From Nitrososphaeria archaeon (GTDB taxonomy: Archaea; Thermoproteota; Nitrososphaeria; Conexivisphaerales; UBA164), in contig JAWDMM010000002.1 in the NCBI GenBank assembly GCA_046536595.1, positions 6,248-70,247 on the forward strand: DNA of 64,000 nucleotides, in the 5' to 3' direction. The notes below the pieces were generated by a model, which was not told the DNA's origin, did no database searches, and worked only from the letters and a program-made list of their open reading frames with translations. A program made the position numbers and the translations under genes. Numbering within the stretch: the stretch's first letter is position 1; each line of letters opens with the position of its first letter. Below, one piece after another: positions 1 to 10,034 of the stretch.

Positions 1-390
1 TATCCTGCATGGAACAGGATGATTAATATGTACAGAGAAAACCATGATGATTATGCTAAGCATTACAACAGGAGAAGCGTAATAGAGAGTATTTTCAACA
101 ATGAAGAGGAGGATGCAATCTTCAATAAGGTCAAGGATATTTCATAATCAGGTTTTAGAAGCTATATGCAGGGCAGCAGTTTGGAATGCAATATCCCTGG
201 CATACCATATGGTATGAATGAAAGACAAAGATGGCTGTTAGCTAATGCCATGGCTCATAAAAAGGCAAATAAAAGGTGCAGCATTGCAACAATTAATCTG
301 CTGCAATGCAAACAAGCATCACGGAAAGCAATTGCGTTAGCTTATTTAAAGATTAAATTTGGGAATTTATGGTCAAAACCGATTAAATAA
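1..390 (+). pseudogene. C-terminal fragment of a DDE transposase (IS4/IS5-like), truncated by the window edge and broken by an in-frame TAA at 145-147
   Basis: Frame +1 reads ..HYNRRSVIESIFNNEEEDAIFNKVKDIS*SGFRSYMQGSSLECNIPG.. and continues into tracked ORF 166..390. The Y-x-R-R-S-x-I-E-S-x-F ... x-N-I pattern resembles the C-terminus of IS4/IS5-type transposases. Confidence 0.35.
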
Positions 391-399
391 AATATTTTA

Positions 400-678
400 T
401 TAACCTCCTCCAACAGGAGGAATGAGCATCACAACATCTCCGTTATTGAGCTTTAATTTGCTATAATTTTCCCTTTTCACATAAGCGTTGTTAACATAAA
501 CGAGAAAGTGTTCATGAAATTCTCTTTTGTTGTTCATGATAGCTCTCTCTGCTCTTTCTCCATATTTTTTTAAAATTGTATTTAGAAGATCTTCTACATT
601 CTCTGCATTTATTTCAGTTTCATGAGCCCCCAGAACATCTATAAGCTCGTAGAATACTCTAAGTTTAATTCTCGCCAT
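400..678 (-). CDS. MoaD/ThiS-family ubiquitin-like small protein (SAMP-like)
   Basis: 92 aa. The C-terminus ..DVVMLIPPVGGG ends in the diglycine typical of the beta-grasp sulfur-carrier/modifier family. Confidence 0.7.
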   Translation of the reverse strand: MARIKLRVFYELIDVLGAHETEINAENVEDLLNTILKKYGERAERAIMNNKREFHEHFLVYVNNAYVKRENYSKLKLNNGDVVMLIPPVGGG

Positions 679-698
679 AAAATTATCTTTTTAAAAAA

Positions 699-1673
699 TT
701 ATTTTATGCTTTCTAAAAATTTTTTAACGCCTCCGTCAAGATGGACTTCTGCCCTGGTTACATTTTTATCTACGTATAAAAGCACAGGCGCCTTCACGAT
801 GTACCCGAACTTATTAAATATCAGATTTCTCCCGCCATAAGTTTCTTTACTCATTGAAACGGCAACATCAACAATATCTACTTTGAATTTTTGAAGCTCG
901 CCTATTATAGCTTCTAAGGTTCCACCAGTAGATATGGCATCATCTATAAGAAGCACACTTTCGCCTTCAGATATTCCGTAAATATAATACGTCCCTTTTT
1001 CGTATCCAGATGCATAATCTACTTTGCTCAGAGGTTCATCTCCCAGGTTTCTTTTCCTGACTATTGCCATCGGTTTTCCCTTCCTTTCTGCTATAAGAGT
1101 AGCTATTGGTAACCCGAAGCTTTCTGGCACAAGCACCTTGTCAAAATCGTCCCTTGTTACGTTGTCTATCGTGTCAGCAAGGAATGACATAACTCTTGTC
1201 GATGGAGGAGGCACGTTTTCAGTTATAGGGTTAAGAATGTATTTGTAAACTTTTTCGCTTTCGTCTCTAACCCAGCTTTTCTCTATCAGCTTAGAATTTT
1301 CGTAATATCCTTTTATCTCTTCGATTATATCTTCCACCTTTTTATACCCTTCCAGAGACCTGTAAAAACAGGAGTAGTTTCCTGTGTGACAGGCTGGACC
1401 TTTTGGTTCCGCAACATATATCAGGCTGTCCCCGTCGCAATCTATGAGTATTTTCCTTACCTTTTGATAGTTGCCAGACGTTTCCCCCTTTAACCACAGC
1501 TCTTTTCTTGACCTTGAATAAAAGTGCGCCAGTCCCGTCTTTATTGTCAGCTCAACGGCTTCTCTGTTTGCATAAGCCTGCATTAGTATTTTTCCTGTGT
1601 TCCAGTCCTGAACTATCACAGGTACAAGCCCTTTTTCATCGTATTTTATATCATCTATTTTGAGCTCTATCAT
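699..1673 (-). CDS. hisI: Phosphoribosyl-AMP cyclohydrolase (HisI) fused to a C-terminal type I phosphoribosyltransferase domain
   Basis: N-terminal ~105 aa carry the HisI signature: [41 protein letters not shown]. The C-terminal ~200 aa carry the PRPP-binding loop [13 protein letters not shown]. The gene overlaps hisF by 4 nt. Confidence 0.8.
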   Translation of the reverse strand: MIELKIDDIKYDEKGLVPVIVQDWNTGKILMQAYANREAVELTIKTGLAHFYSRSRKELWLKGETSGNYQKVRKILIDCDGDSLIYVAEPKGPACHTGNYSCFYRSLEGYKKVEDIIEEIKGYYENSKLIEKSWVRDESEKVYKYILNPITENVPPPSTRVMSFLADTIDNVTRDDFDKVLVPESFGLPIATLIAERKGKPMAIVRKRNLGDEPLSKVDYASGYEKGTYYIYGISEGESVLLIDDAISTGGTLEAIIGELQKFKVDIVDVAVSMSKETYGGRNLIFNKFGYIVKAPVLLYVDKNVTRAEVHLDGGVKKFLESIK

Positions 1674-2425
1674 ATTCTAACCACAACCCCTTTTTCCTTA
1701 AGGTAAAGCTTGAGCTCATTTATTAAAATCTCTTTAAAGTGAAACACTGAAGCCGCAAGCGCAGCATCCGCGTTGGCTTTTTTAAAAACTTCATAAAAGT
1801 GTTCAAGCCTGCCACCACCCCCGCTGGCTATTACAGGAAGGCTTACAGAATCCGTTATCATCTTTGTCAACTTTAAGTCATAACCCATCTTCGTTCCGTC
1901 CCTGTCTATGGACGTAATAAGTATTTCACCGGCTCCCAGCTCTTGAGCCTTTTTTGCCCAATCTTTTGCTCTTAATGCAGTTTTTTCTCTACCACCTTTT
2001 ATGTATACATAATAGTCATCGGCTTCTTTTTTAGCGTCTATCGATACAACAACGCTCTGAGACCCATAAACATCTGCTATTGCCGTTATCAGCTCAGGTT
2101 TGAGCACAGCATATGTGTTTAAAGACACTTTATCGGCACCGTTCCAGAGTATCTGTTTTGCATCTTCTAGGCTCGATATTCCCCCTCCCACAGTAAAAGG
2201 GATGTCAAGCCTTGATGCGACGTCCTTTACTTTTTCGATAAGTATTTTTCTTCCCTCATATGAAGCAGAAATGTCAAGAAAGACAACCTCATCTGCTCCC
2301 ATATCCCTGTACATTTCTGCCAGTTTTACAGGATCTCCAGCTTCTACAAGGTTAACGAACGACTTACCCTTTACAACTTTTCCTTTGTCAACGTCCAAAC
2401 ACGGAATTATTCTCTTGGCCAGCAT
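1670..2425 (-). CDS. hisF: Imidazole glycerol phosphate synthase, cyclase subunit
   Basis: 251 aa with [46 protein letters not shown] and IASGGGG motifs. Confidence 0.95.
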   Translation of the reverse strand: MLAKRIIPCLDVDKGKVVKGKSFVNLVEAGDPVKLAEMYRDMGADEVVFLDISASYEGRKILIEKVKDVASRLDIPFTVGGGISSLEDAKQILWNGADKVSLNTYAVLKPELITAIADVYGSQSVVVSIDAKKEADDYYVYIKGGREKTALRAKDWAKKAQELGAGEILITSIDRDGTKMGYDLKLTKMITDSVSLPVIASGGGGRLEHFYEVFKKANADAALAASVFHFKEILINELKLYLKEKGVVVRI

Positions 2426-3096
2426 TACGCATCACCAAAGTACTTTTCATATAAGTCTTTTCCTACTATGCATCCTTTGTACCCAAGCATTTCAATTTCT
2501 TTAATTTCATTTAGCAGAACTCCTCCAGATAGCAGTATCTTCTTTCTGTATTCAAACGGTATGCTTTGAGCAATCTTCCTGTCAAAACCTTTCATGGTTC
2601 CATCTCTGTTTATCGAAGTAACTATGAACTCTTCAAACCCCATCTCTGAAAATTTTAAAAGCGCTTCAGTGAGCTTTAACCCGCTGTCCTTTTTCCATCC
2701 TTCGTACGATACTATTTCGTCTTTTACGTCTAGCGATATTGTAATCTTATCTTTTATAGGCAATAATGATTGTGGGTTTACAAAGGCAAGCGTGCTCAGA
2801 ACCACCCTGTTTGCACCACTATCAAGGTATTTCTTTATTTTTTTAACGTCTCTTATACCGCCTGCAACCTGTTTGTAACCTTTCTCTTTCAGCATTTCAG
2901 AAATAAGGTTAAAGTTATCGCCTAGGCCAAGGGCGGCGTCAAGGTCAACTATGTGAAAACGCTCAAAACCTTCATCATAAAAACGTCTGATTACTGTCAA
3001 CGGGTTTTCTGAGTATAGCTTTAGGTGTTCAGCCTTTCCTTCCTTAAGCCTTACAACTTTTCCAGACATTAAATCAATGGCGGCGTACACGTTCAT
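2425..3096 (-). CDS. hisA: ProFAR isomerase
   Basis: 223 aa with AAIDLMSGKVVRLKEG and VTSINRDGTMKGFD. It is a HisF paralog located inside the his cluster. Confidence 0.9.
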   Translation of the reverse strand: MNVYAAIDLMSGKVVRLKEGKAEHLKLYSENPLTVIRRFYDEGFERFHIVDLDAALGLGDNFNLISEMLKEKGYKQVAGGIRDVKKIKKYLDSGANRVVLSTLAFVNPQSLLPIKDKITISLDVKDEIVSYEGWKKDSGLKLTEALLKFSEMGFEEFIVTSINRDGTMKGFDRKIAQSIPFEYRKKILLSGGVLLNEIKEIEMLGYKGCIVGKDLYEKYFGDA

Positions 3097-3692
3097 TTTT
3101 TAACAGCCTCAAGCACTCCTTTAAGTATCATGAGCCCTGATTCCCCGGATTTTTCAGGGTGAAACTGCACTCCAATGAAGTTTTCCTTGATTATCAGCGC
3201 CGGTATCTTTATCTCGTTGTTTTCAGCCATAGCGTAAACAAACCTCTCTTCGCCAGGAACATAATAGGAATGTGCGTAATAGAACCAGTCTCCTTTTTTC
3301 TCGCTTTTCCACACATAATTTTCTTTTAAGAGCTCCGTGTATGACCATCCCATGTGAGGAACTTTCCCCCTGTTTAATTTCGTCACCGTTCCTCTAAGAA
3401 CGCCAAGCCCTTCGCCCTCTCCCTCTTCGCTTTTTTCGTAGAACATATGCAGCCCGAGGCATATCCCTAACACAAACGTTCCTTCTCTGGCCATTTGAAC
3501 GATAGATTCTTTTTGATCTTTAAGCGATTTTGAAGCCTGAGAAAAGTTTCCAACGCCGGGCAGAACTAGAAGGTCTGGTTGTTTTTCAGAATCTATTCTT
3601 TCTACAACTTTTGTGTCTTCATTCAACCTTTTAAGTGCGCTGTAAATGCTATACAGGTTGCTTGCCCCATAATTGTAAATGATTATTTTCAT
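3093..3692 (-). CDS. hisH: Imidazole glycerol phosphate synthase, glutamine amidotransferase subunit
   Basis: 199 aa class I GATase with the nucleophile elbow GICLG and the VQFHPEKSG motif. Confidence 0.9.
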   Translation of the reverse strand: MKIIIYNYGASNLYSIYSALKRLNEDTKVVERIDSEKQPDLLVLPGVGNFSQASKSLKDQKESIVQMAREGTFVLGICLGLHMFYEKSEEGEGEGLGVLRGTVTKLNRGKVPHMGWSYTELLKENYVWKSEKKGDWFYYAHSYYVPGEERFVYAMAENNEIKIPALIIKENFIGVQFHPEKSGESGLMILKGVLEAVKK

Positions 3693-4249
3693 AGTGATCC
3701 CTTTACTGACATACTGGTTTGAGATTTTTCTAAAGATTGTTTTAGAGCAGTTCCGAATGATTTGAAAGCAGCTTCGACTATATGATGAGGGTCTTTTCCG
3801 TTAAGCTGGTAAAGGTGGAGCGTCATAGGAGTGCTGAACGCGAGCGACCTGAAAAAATGCTCGATCAAGGCGGGGTCAAACTCCGAGCTGTTCGGGACGT
3901 TAAGACCATAGCTAAAGTAGGGTCTTCTGACCATATCAACAGAACTTATGATCAGCGCTTCATCCATGGGTATAACAGCATAACCGAACCTCTTGATCGA
4001 TTCCCTGTCTACGGCTTTATCTATCGCATATCCCAACGTAATACCTGTGTCCTCTATTATGTGGTGTGGGAGGTCACCGTTTGCCCTTATTTTTATGTCA
4101 ATGCTGCTGAACTTTGCTAAAGTAGCTATCATGTGCCGAAAAAATATATCTTCAACTTCCACGTCAGCTTTTCCGCTTCCATCAACGTTTAGCTCTACGT
4201 ATATTTGAGTTTCTTTTGTTTCTCTTTTTATTTCTGCTTTACGCAACAC
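3689..4249 (-). CDS. hisB: Imidazoleglycerol-phosphate dehydratase
   Basis: 186 aa with the paired HHxxE motifs (LPHHIIEDTGITLG, DPHHIVEAAFKSFG). Confidence 0.9.
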   Translation of the reverse strand: MLRKAEIKRETKETQIYVELNVDGSGKADVEVEDIFFRHMIATLAKFSSIDIKIRANGDLPHHIIEDTGITLGYAIDKAVDRESIKRFGYAVIPMDEALIISSVDMVRRPYFSYGLNVPNSSEFDPALIEHFFRSLAFSTPMTLHLYQLNGKDPHHIVEAAFKSFGTALKQSLEKSQTSMSVKGSL

Positions 4250-5204
4250 CTATCTCCTCCAGCGGCATTATGGAAGATGGTTTGTGAACTACGAGCCCCT
4301 GAGCATATTTCCTTAATATAGGAAGAACCTTTAGCAGCTCGTCTTCATCGATTACAGTATTCACAGCATACCAGCCTTCTTTTGAAAGCTTTGAAATTGT
4401 CGGCGATTTCAGCGCTGGAAGAGCTTTTAGAAGCTTCTGCAGGTTTTTCTCGCTAACGTTCAAAAATATATGCAGTTTCTTTCTTGCTTCCACAGCACCC
4501 TTTAACAGAGCCATTATATCCAGAATCTTCTCTTTTTTTAAATCATCGTTAATGGAATCCTTGTTTGCAACCAGCACTGCACTCGACCTCATAATTTCAG
4601 CTATTTCAACTAGGCCGTTTTCCTTGAGCGTTGTTCCGGTTTCAGTTACATCCACTACAAGCTCTGCTTCTTCAGGTGGTTTAGCTTCCGTAGCACCAAA
4701 GGAAAGGTATATTTCAACGCTTTGGTTATCCCCAAACGTATACCAGGGCGTTATTATTACAGGCCTGAGATTTCCGTAAGTTTCTTTGTAATACTGAAGA
4801 TTTTGAAAGAAAGCAGAAGTTATGTTTGGGTATTCTGTAGCAATCCTGAGCTTTTTACCTTTTTCATTGAACTCTTTTACTATCAAGTTCGGATCTTTTT
4901 TAAATTCTGGAAGACCTGCAAGAACAAGCTTTACTCTGCCATATTCCAAGTCAGCCAGAGTCTGAACTTTTGCGCCGGTTTCTTTGAGCCAATCCGTTCC
5001 TGTAATACCTATGTCGTATAGCCCCTGTTCAACATACTTTGGTATTTCCTGCGGTCTGAGTATTTTTACTATTATTTTGTCATCGTTTATAGAAGGTCTG
5101 TAACTCCTCTCGTTTCCTTTTATTTTCAGGATGGAAGAGTTTATGAGCGAAATGGTATCCTGCTCTAAAGAACCCTTTGGTATGGCCCATCTAACCTTTT
5201 TAAT
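4239..5204 (-). CDS. hisG: ATP phosphoribosyltransferase, long form. The 5' end is extended beyond tracked ORF 4239..4949.
   Basis: The frame stays open up to 5222, with a TGA at 5223-5225. The untracked part reads ..KKVRWAIPKGSLEQDTISLINSS..RPQEIPKYVEQGLYDIGITGTDWL.., the conserved HisG N-terminus. There is no ATG, GTG or TTG in that stretch, so the 5' coordinate is provisional (ATT at 5202-5204). Confidence 0.8.
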   Translation of the reverse strand: MKKVRWAIPKGSLEQDTISLINSSILKIKGNERSYRPSINDDKIIVKILRPQEIPKYVEQGLYDIGITGTDWLKETGAKVQTLADLEYGRVKLVLAGLPEFKKDPNLIVKEFNEKGKKLRIATEYPNITSAFFQNLQYYKETYGNLRPVIITPWYTFGDNQSVEIYLSFGATEAKPPEEAELVVDVTETGTTLKENGLVEIAEIMRSSAVLVANKDSINDDLKKEKILDIMALLKGAVEARKKLHIFLNVSEKNLQKLLKALPALKSPTISKLSKEGWYAVNTVIDEDELLKVLPILRKYAQGLVVHKPSSIMPLEEIGVA

Positions 5205-5238
5205 AGACGATATGAACTGACATCACAGCAGATGTTTT

Positions 5239-5784
5239 TTACAGGATTTTTAAACTTTTCTCAAAGAAAGATTTTACCAGGCTTTCGCCCTGCGAATTTG
5301 ATTTTTCTGGATGAAACATCAAAGCAAAGGAATTCCTGTATTCAAAAGCTTCAACGCCGAATATGCTGAACGCTACTGGTTTGCTGTACTTGTTAAGTCT
5401 TCCAATATTCAGGTGTCTAGAAACATAAAAGTTATACGTTCCGTCAGGAAAGTAGCTTGATCCTTTGAAATCTATCTTTATTTCTCCTTTTAGCAGACTT
5501 TCATGAACTTTCAGCGTGCCTCCAAGGTACATGTTAAAGGCTTCTGCTCCAAAACAGATATAAAGAGAAGGCTTGTCAATGATTCGCTCTATCAATATAA
5601 AAATATCTTTTAGCTTTGTCTGTTTTCTGGAAGACCTTCCGCTTAAAACATAAGCATCATAGCCATCTATTTTATCCCATGGACTGAGCACAATTACTTG
5701 ATTTTTCTCAAAGATTCTGTTCAATAGCTCGTTTAATTCCTGTAAATAAACTGAACCGTTCTGAATCAGCGCTATTCTAACCAC
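5239..5784 (-). CDS. Class I glutamine amidotransferase-like protein
   Basis: 181 aa with a candidate nucleophile elbow (LYICFGAEAF) and a C-terminal MFHPEKS motif. It lies directly upstream of hisG on the same strand. Confidence 0.55.
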   Translation of the reverse strand: MVRIALIQNGSVYLQELNELLNRIFEKNQVIVLSPWDKIDGYDAYVLSGRSSRKQTKLKDIFILIERIIDKPSLYICFGAEAFNMYLGGTLKVHESLLKGEIKIDFKGSSYFPDGTYNFYVSRHLNIGRLNKYSKPVAFSIFGVEAFEYRNSFALMFHPEKSNSQGESLVKSFFEKSLKIL

Positions 5785-5869
5785 ACCTTACGCTTTGATA
5801 CTCTTCGTTATATACCTTTAAAAATTATAACAAAGGTTAAGTTATTGACGCGCTGATTTTAAAAAGTTT

Positions 5870-7309
5870 ATGGACTATAAATTTCAGGAATATGAAGTAT
5901 CAAAAAAAGAGCTGATCATTGGCATCTTTGTAATAGTACTTGGCGTTCTTATGAGCGCAATAGACTCAACCATAGTGATCCTTGCGTTACCGGTCATGAT
6001 GAAGGATCTAAGGGCTAACATAGTTGAAATGGTATGGGTTATCTTGATTTACCTGCTTGTAGTAACAGTCCTCTCAACGCAGCTGGGAAGGATCGGAGAT
6101 AAGTATGGCAGGGTAAAGTTTTACAACGTCGGTTTCCTGATATTTACCGTAGGATCTGCGCTCAGTGCTGCTTCTATTAACGCGTACATGCTGCTAGCTT
6201 TCAGAGGACTTCAGGCGCTTGGAGGCGGACTGATAAGCAGCAACAGCGGGGCTGTAATCGCTGATCTTTTACCGCCAAACAGAAGGGGACAAGCTTACGG
6301 CTATACTGCTCTTGGATGGAACGTGGGCGCTATTTTGGGCATAATTTTGGGCGGCATAATAGTTACTTACGTATCGTGGCGTTACATATTTCTTATAAAC
6401 GTACCGATAGGGTTTCTGGCAACTTACATAGGATTCAAGTACTTAAAGGAAAGATCTCCGAAACTTGTTAAAAAGCTCGACATAAGAGGTTCAGCTTTAC
6501 TTGGCGCATCTCTTACATCACTTCTTATTGGGCTAACTACAGCAGTTGGATCGAAGATCAATCCATTTATTCAGACCTTGATAATAGGAGGGATAATACT
6601 GCTGGCGCTTTTTGTATATCACGAGGCAAAATTCAGCGATCCGATCATAAATATAGTAATGCTCAAAAACAGGGTTCTTTCAGGCTCGATACTTGCTGCA
6701 CTTCTTCAGGCGCTAGCAAACTATTCAGTTCTTTTTCTTGTAATAATGTACCTTCAGGGCGTAAGAGGTCTTACCCCTTTTAACGCAAGCCTCCTTGTGG
6801 TACCCGGATATATTTTAGGGGGAGTTTTAGGCCCGTTTATGGGGAGAATATCAGACAGGATAGGCGCTAGGATACCTGCCTCGATTGGGCTTTTTGCACA
6901 ATCAATAGGAATATATGTTTATTCTTTGCTGAACGTAAATTCTCCTCTCTGGTTAATAATTCTTGCAGCTTCTATCAACGGCATAGGTTCAGGAATGTTT
7001 TATCCTGCCAACAACAGCGCTGTGATGGCAAACGCACCCCGTGAACATTATGGTGCGGCTTCTGGAACTTTAAGGATGTTTGCTAACATAGGAATGGTAG
7101 TCAGCTTCGCTCTTTCTATTTATATTGCTTCGCTCACAATGCCATCATATCTAGCAGAGGAGATCTTCTTGGGCACCAGCGTTCTGAGCTCCAAATTCGC
7201 TTATGTATTTACAAGAGGAATAGAAACTTCATTTAAATTTTCAGTCATAATTATGTACATAGCTATAGTCTTTTCTTTACTAAGAGGAAAAGAAGTAAGA
7301 AAAAAATAA
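5870..7309 (+). CDS. MFS transporter, 14-TM drug:H+ antiporter (DHA2/EmrB-like)
   Basis: 479 aa and polytopic, with motifs GRIGDKYGRVK and LQALGGG typical of MFS DHA2 members. Confidence 0.8.
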   Translation: MDYKFQEYEVSKKELIIGIFVIVLGVLMSAIDSTIVILALPVMMKDLRANIVEMVWVILIYLLVVTVLSTQLGRIGDKYGRVKFYNVGFLIFTVGSALSAASINAYMLLAFRGLQALGGGLISSNSGAVIADLLPPNRRGQAYGYTALGWNVGAILGIILGGIIVTYVSWRYIFLINVPIGFLATYIGFKYLKERSPKLVKKLDIRGSALLGASLTSLLIGLTTAVGSKINPFIQTLIIGGIILLALFVYHEAKFSDPIINIVMLKNRVLSGSILAALLQALANYSVLFLVIMYLQGVRGLTPFNASLLVVPGYILGGVLGPFMGRISDRIGARIPASIGLFAQSIGIYVYSLLNVNSPLWLIILAASINGIGSGMFYPANNSAVMANAPREHYGAASGTLRMFANIGMVVSFALSIYIASLTMPSYLAEEIFLGTSVLSSKFAYVFTRGIETSFKFSVIIMYIAIVFSLLRGKEVRKK

Positions 7310-7315
7310 AATTTA

Positions 7316-7699
7316 TCAGTTTAACTTGTAATAAACCTTTCTTAACGATGGCTCCACTTTAGCGAGAGCAGTTCTTAGCTCTTCGGGGTCAAGTTTTGAT
7401 CCGTTTCCGTTTACTTTGTATACAAGATATTCTAAGGTTGAAACAAGGTAATTAACCCGATTCTTCTGTTCCCTTGATAGTGGTTTGCTGATTTCCGCCT
7501 CAATGATCAGTTTAAGAGTAAAAGGGGTATTTCCAACTTTATGCGTAACATTTATGTTGTTAAGCCCAACCTTTTTTAAGTATCTTTTAATTATATGCCT
7601 TACAAGTGATGGAACTATTGATTGAACTTCAATCTCAGCTATTGTAACCTTACCTTCCTCAACGACACCTTTTTCCTTTGAATTATTTCCACTTATCAT
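7316..7699 (-). CDS. Hypothetical protein
   Basis: 127-aa ORF with a TATA-like tttataaa about 35 nt upstream. No recognisable family. Confidence 0.4.
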   Translation of the reverse strand: MISGNNSKEKGVVEEGKVTIAEIEVQSIVPSLVRHIIKRYLKKVGLNNINVTHKVGNTPFTLKLIIEAEISKPLSREQKNRVNYLVSTLEYLVYKVNGNGSKLDPEELRTALAKVEPSLRKVYYKLN

Positions 7700-8031
7700 A
7701 TTAATAACACCGTTATAGGTATAACATTATGTATTTATAAACGTTACTTTTTACAAATTTTGTAAATTGAAAATAATATTATAATATTTAAAATTTTTGA
7801 CAGAATTAACAACCGTTTTTTACAACATGGCCACGTTTAAAATATACTTTTTTATTAGGTATAAGCGATTTGTTTGATGTTTTATAAACTTTTAACTCCT
7901 ATGAGGTAAAGTTTTACAAATAATATTTATAAAAAAATATTTTAGCCAGCTTGCAAAAACGCTCAAACATAAAAGATCATAAGATCTAAGGCTTTGCTCA
8001 TTCAAATCAGACAAAAGTTTTTTTGAAATTA

Positions 8032-9207
8032 TTATCTTTTATAATTTTTAAGTGAATGCAAAAATATTACAGGCAGAGGTATTAAAAGGAAAAAAAGCCC
8101 TCCGGTCCAGAAAGAGAAGAACGGATTTCTGAAGAAATAAAGAGAACTGCCAGCCATCGAACCTATAGCATAAGATAGATAGTATACGCCGTTTAGAGAA
8201 CCAAAGCCTGATCCCCACTGTTCTGAAGGCATAAATTTGGCGACCATATGCTGCATATAGATGGTCCAGACGCTCAAACCTACAGCTTCTATCCCCCATA
8301 AAAGGCTTAACATTATCAGGTTTGGAGAAAGAGGCAGCAAAAAAGCAATCAAAGCGCTTGTAATTGTTATAAAAGCTATGGATCTAGATTCTGAAAACCT
8401 GTTTATTATTGGTCCTGCAATTTTACTTGATATAAACCATCCGATTCCTGCAGGCGCATAAGCAAGCATCAAGATCAAAGGAGTTGTTCTGTACTTTGCT
8501 ACTACAAAAGGCACTATCATAGGGTAGACTATTCCTTGACCTATGCCCAAAAAGGAAGTTGAAGCTAGGATCAAAATGTGTATAAGTTTGTTTTCAGTTC
8601 CATGCTTTTTTTCGTTAACCGCTTCAATACCAGCAGAACTTAACTTAACGTTTATGGCAAATAGAAGAGCAAATAAAGCCAGTAAGCTGTAGATAAAAAA
8701 CGTAATTCTCAAAGAAAAAAGATACTTGCCGCTAAACTGAGAATAAAGAAAAAACAAAAAACCCACAAAAGCGCCTATACCAGAACCTAATATTCCAAAA
8801 TACATGAGCTGAGCGTATGCATTGGCATCCCTATAACCTCCTGAATAACCAACAAGGTAAAGCATCGAGGCGCTTATTATGCTGGAGGAAAAACCTATCA
8901 AAAATACTGAAACGTAAATTAATGGCATCTTAAGCAAAGAAAAAGAAAAAAGCCCGAAAAAAAGCAATACAAAACCTGTTAAAAGAGATCTTTTTACAGT
9001 GCTTGAATTTTTTAATATTTTTGAAAAAGGCATGAACACAATCCACGAAAAATTATATACAGCATAGGCAAGCCCAACATCCAGTGAGTTTCCTCCTAGA
9101 TAAAGCACATAAAGGCCAAGAGCAAACTCAAATATTGCAAAGTAAACGTTAGCAAAAAGGTTCAGAAACCTAAAATCATCAAAATAATGCGATAGATTCT
9201 TCATCAA
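8032..9207 (-). CDS. MFS-like polytopic membrane transporter
   Basis: 391 aa with about 12 hydrophobic segments in two halves separated by a charged loop (EAVNEKKHGTENK). Confidence 0.65.
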   Translation of the reverse strand: MMKNLSHYFDDFRFLNLFANVYFAIFEFALGLYVLYLGGNSLDVGLAYAVYNFSWIVFMPFSKILKNSSTVKRSLLTGFVLLFFGLFSFSLLKMPLIYVSVFLIGFSSSIISASMLYLVGYSGGYRDANAYAQLMYFGILGSGIGAFVGFLFFLYSQFSGKYLFSLRITFFIYSLLALFALLFAINVKLSSAGIEAVNEKKHGTENKLIHILILASTSFLGIGQGIVYPMIVPFVVAKYRTTPLILMLAYAPAGIGWFISSKIAGPIINRFSESRSIAFITITSALIAFLLPLSPNLIMLSLLWGIEAVGLSVWTIYMQHMVAKFMPSEQWGSGFGSLNGVYYLSYAIGSMAGSSLYFFRNPFFSFWTGGLFFLLIPLPVIFLHSLKNYKR

Positions 9208-9625
9208 ACAGCCGTTTATATTTAGATCCTTAATAATTTAACCTTATGTTGGTTAAGGGACCAGAATTCCCATTCTGCGAGATTGGGGCTGTTTGCTCCT
9301 ATACCTGTTTGATAGATTTGGCTAAATGGTGTAGAGTCATTTTTAAAATGGCTTAATCTTCGTAGTAGCACTTTATGACCCATTTCAGCATTGAACTGTG
9401 AGGCTTTAAGTCCATTTAAAACAACTTTATACATGTATTAAAAGAGCTCTGATCACGTTTAAAGCGGAAGAACGACGTTTCAAGTTATCAAAAACTTTTG
9501 TTTTTATTACAAGTGTAATTCTTGACGCATCAGGTGCCTTGCGCGCTGGTAAAAAATACGAATTAAGCATTATGTGAAAGATGAAAAACGTATAATCCGA
9601 TACTAATTTTTCATGTTAAGATTTT

Positions 9626-9865
9626 CTAGGACGTCAAAGGAGATATCAATATAACGTTATCTCCCCTGATTATAACAGATCCCAAAGACTTAAACGATCC
9701 ATCGTCCTGCAGTTCCTCGCCATTGTTAAGAAGTAAATTCATATGCTGATCAAAACCCTCTAAACTACCCCTTATTCTCTTTCCTCCCTTTAATCTGATC
9801 AGGACTTTTTTATGTAGACTGTCCGAAAGTACTTTTATTGTTATGTCCCTGTTTAATTCTGACAT
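9626..9865 (-). CDS. Sm-like (LSm) archaeal protein
   Basis: 79 aa with Sm1/Sm2 motifs: IRLKGGKRIRGSLEGFDQHMNLLL and VIIRGDNVILISP. Confidence 0.85.
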   Translation of the reverse strand: MSELNRDITIKVLSDSLHKKVLIRLKGGKRIRGSLEGFDQHMNLLLNNGEELQDDGSFKSLGSVIIRGDNVILISPLTS

Positions 9866-10034
9866 GACATTGAAGATAAATACGCCTCATATTTATACTT
9901 AACTATTTATCCTTAACGAGGATAAGAGACTACCGTCTGCTCCAGCATAAGGTTAAAATCAACTATAAACTCAGAAAAAAGCTTAACCGTGCTCTGAATA
10001 GATGTTGATAAAAAGCCTTAAACCCTAATAAAAA

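Noticed and set aside
7750-7764. 15-nt AT-only palindrome ttacaaa-t-tttgtaa just upstream of the TATA-like box of gene 7316..7699, a possible operator.
   Set aside because: Short AT-only palindromes are expected by chance in a 330-bp AT-rich spacer, and there is no second copy.
9222-9434. 70-aa minus-strand ORF in the spacer between the MFS gene and the Sm gene.
   Set aside because: No recognisable motif or obvious promoter or start context. There is not enough evidence to call a gene.
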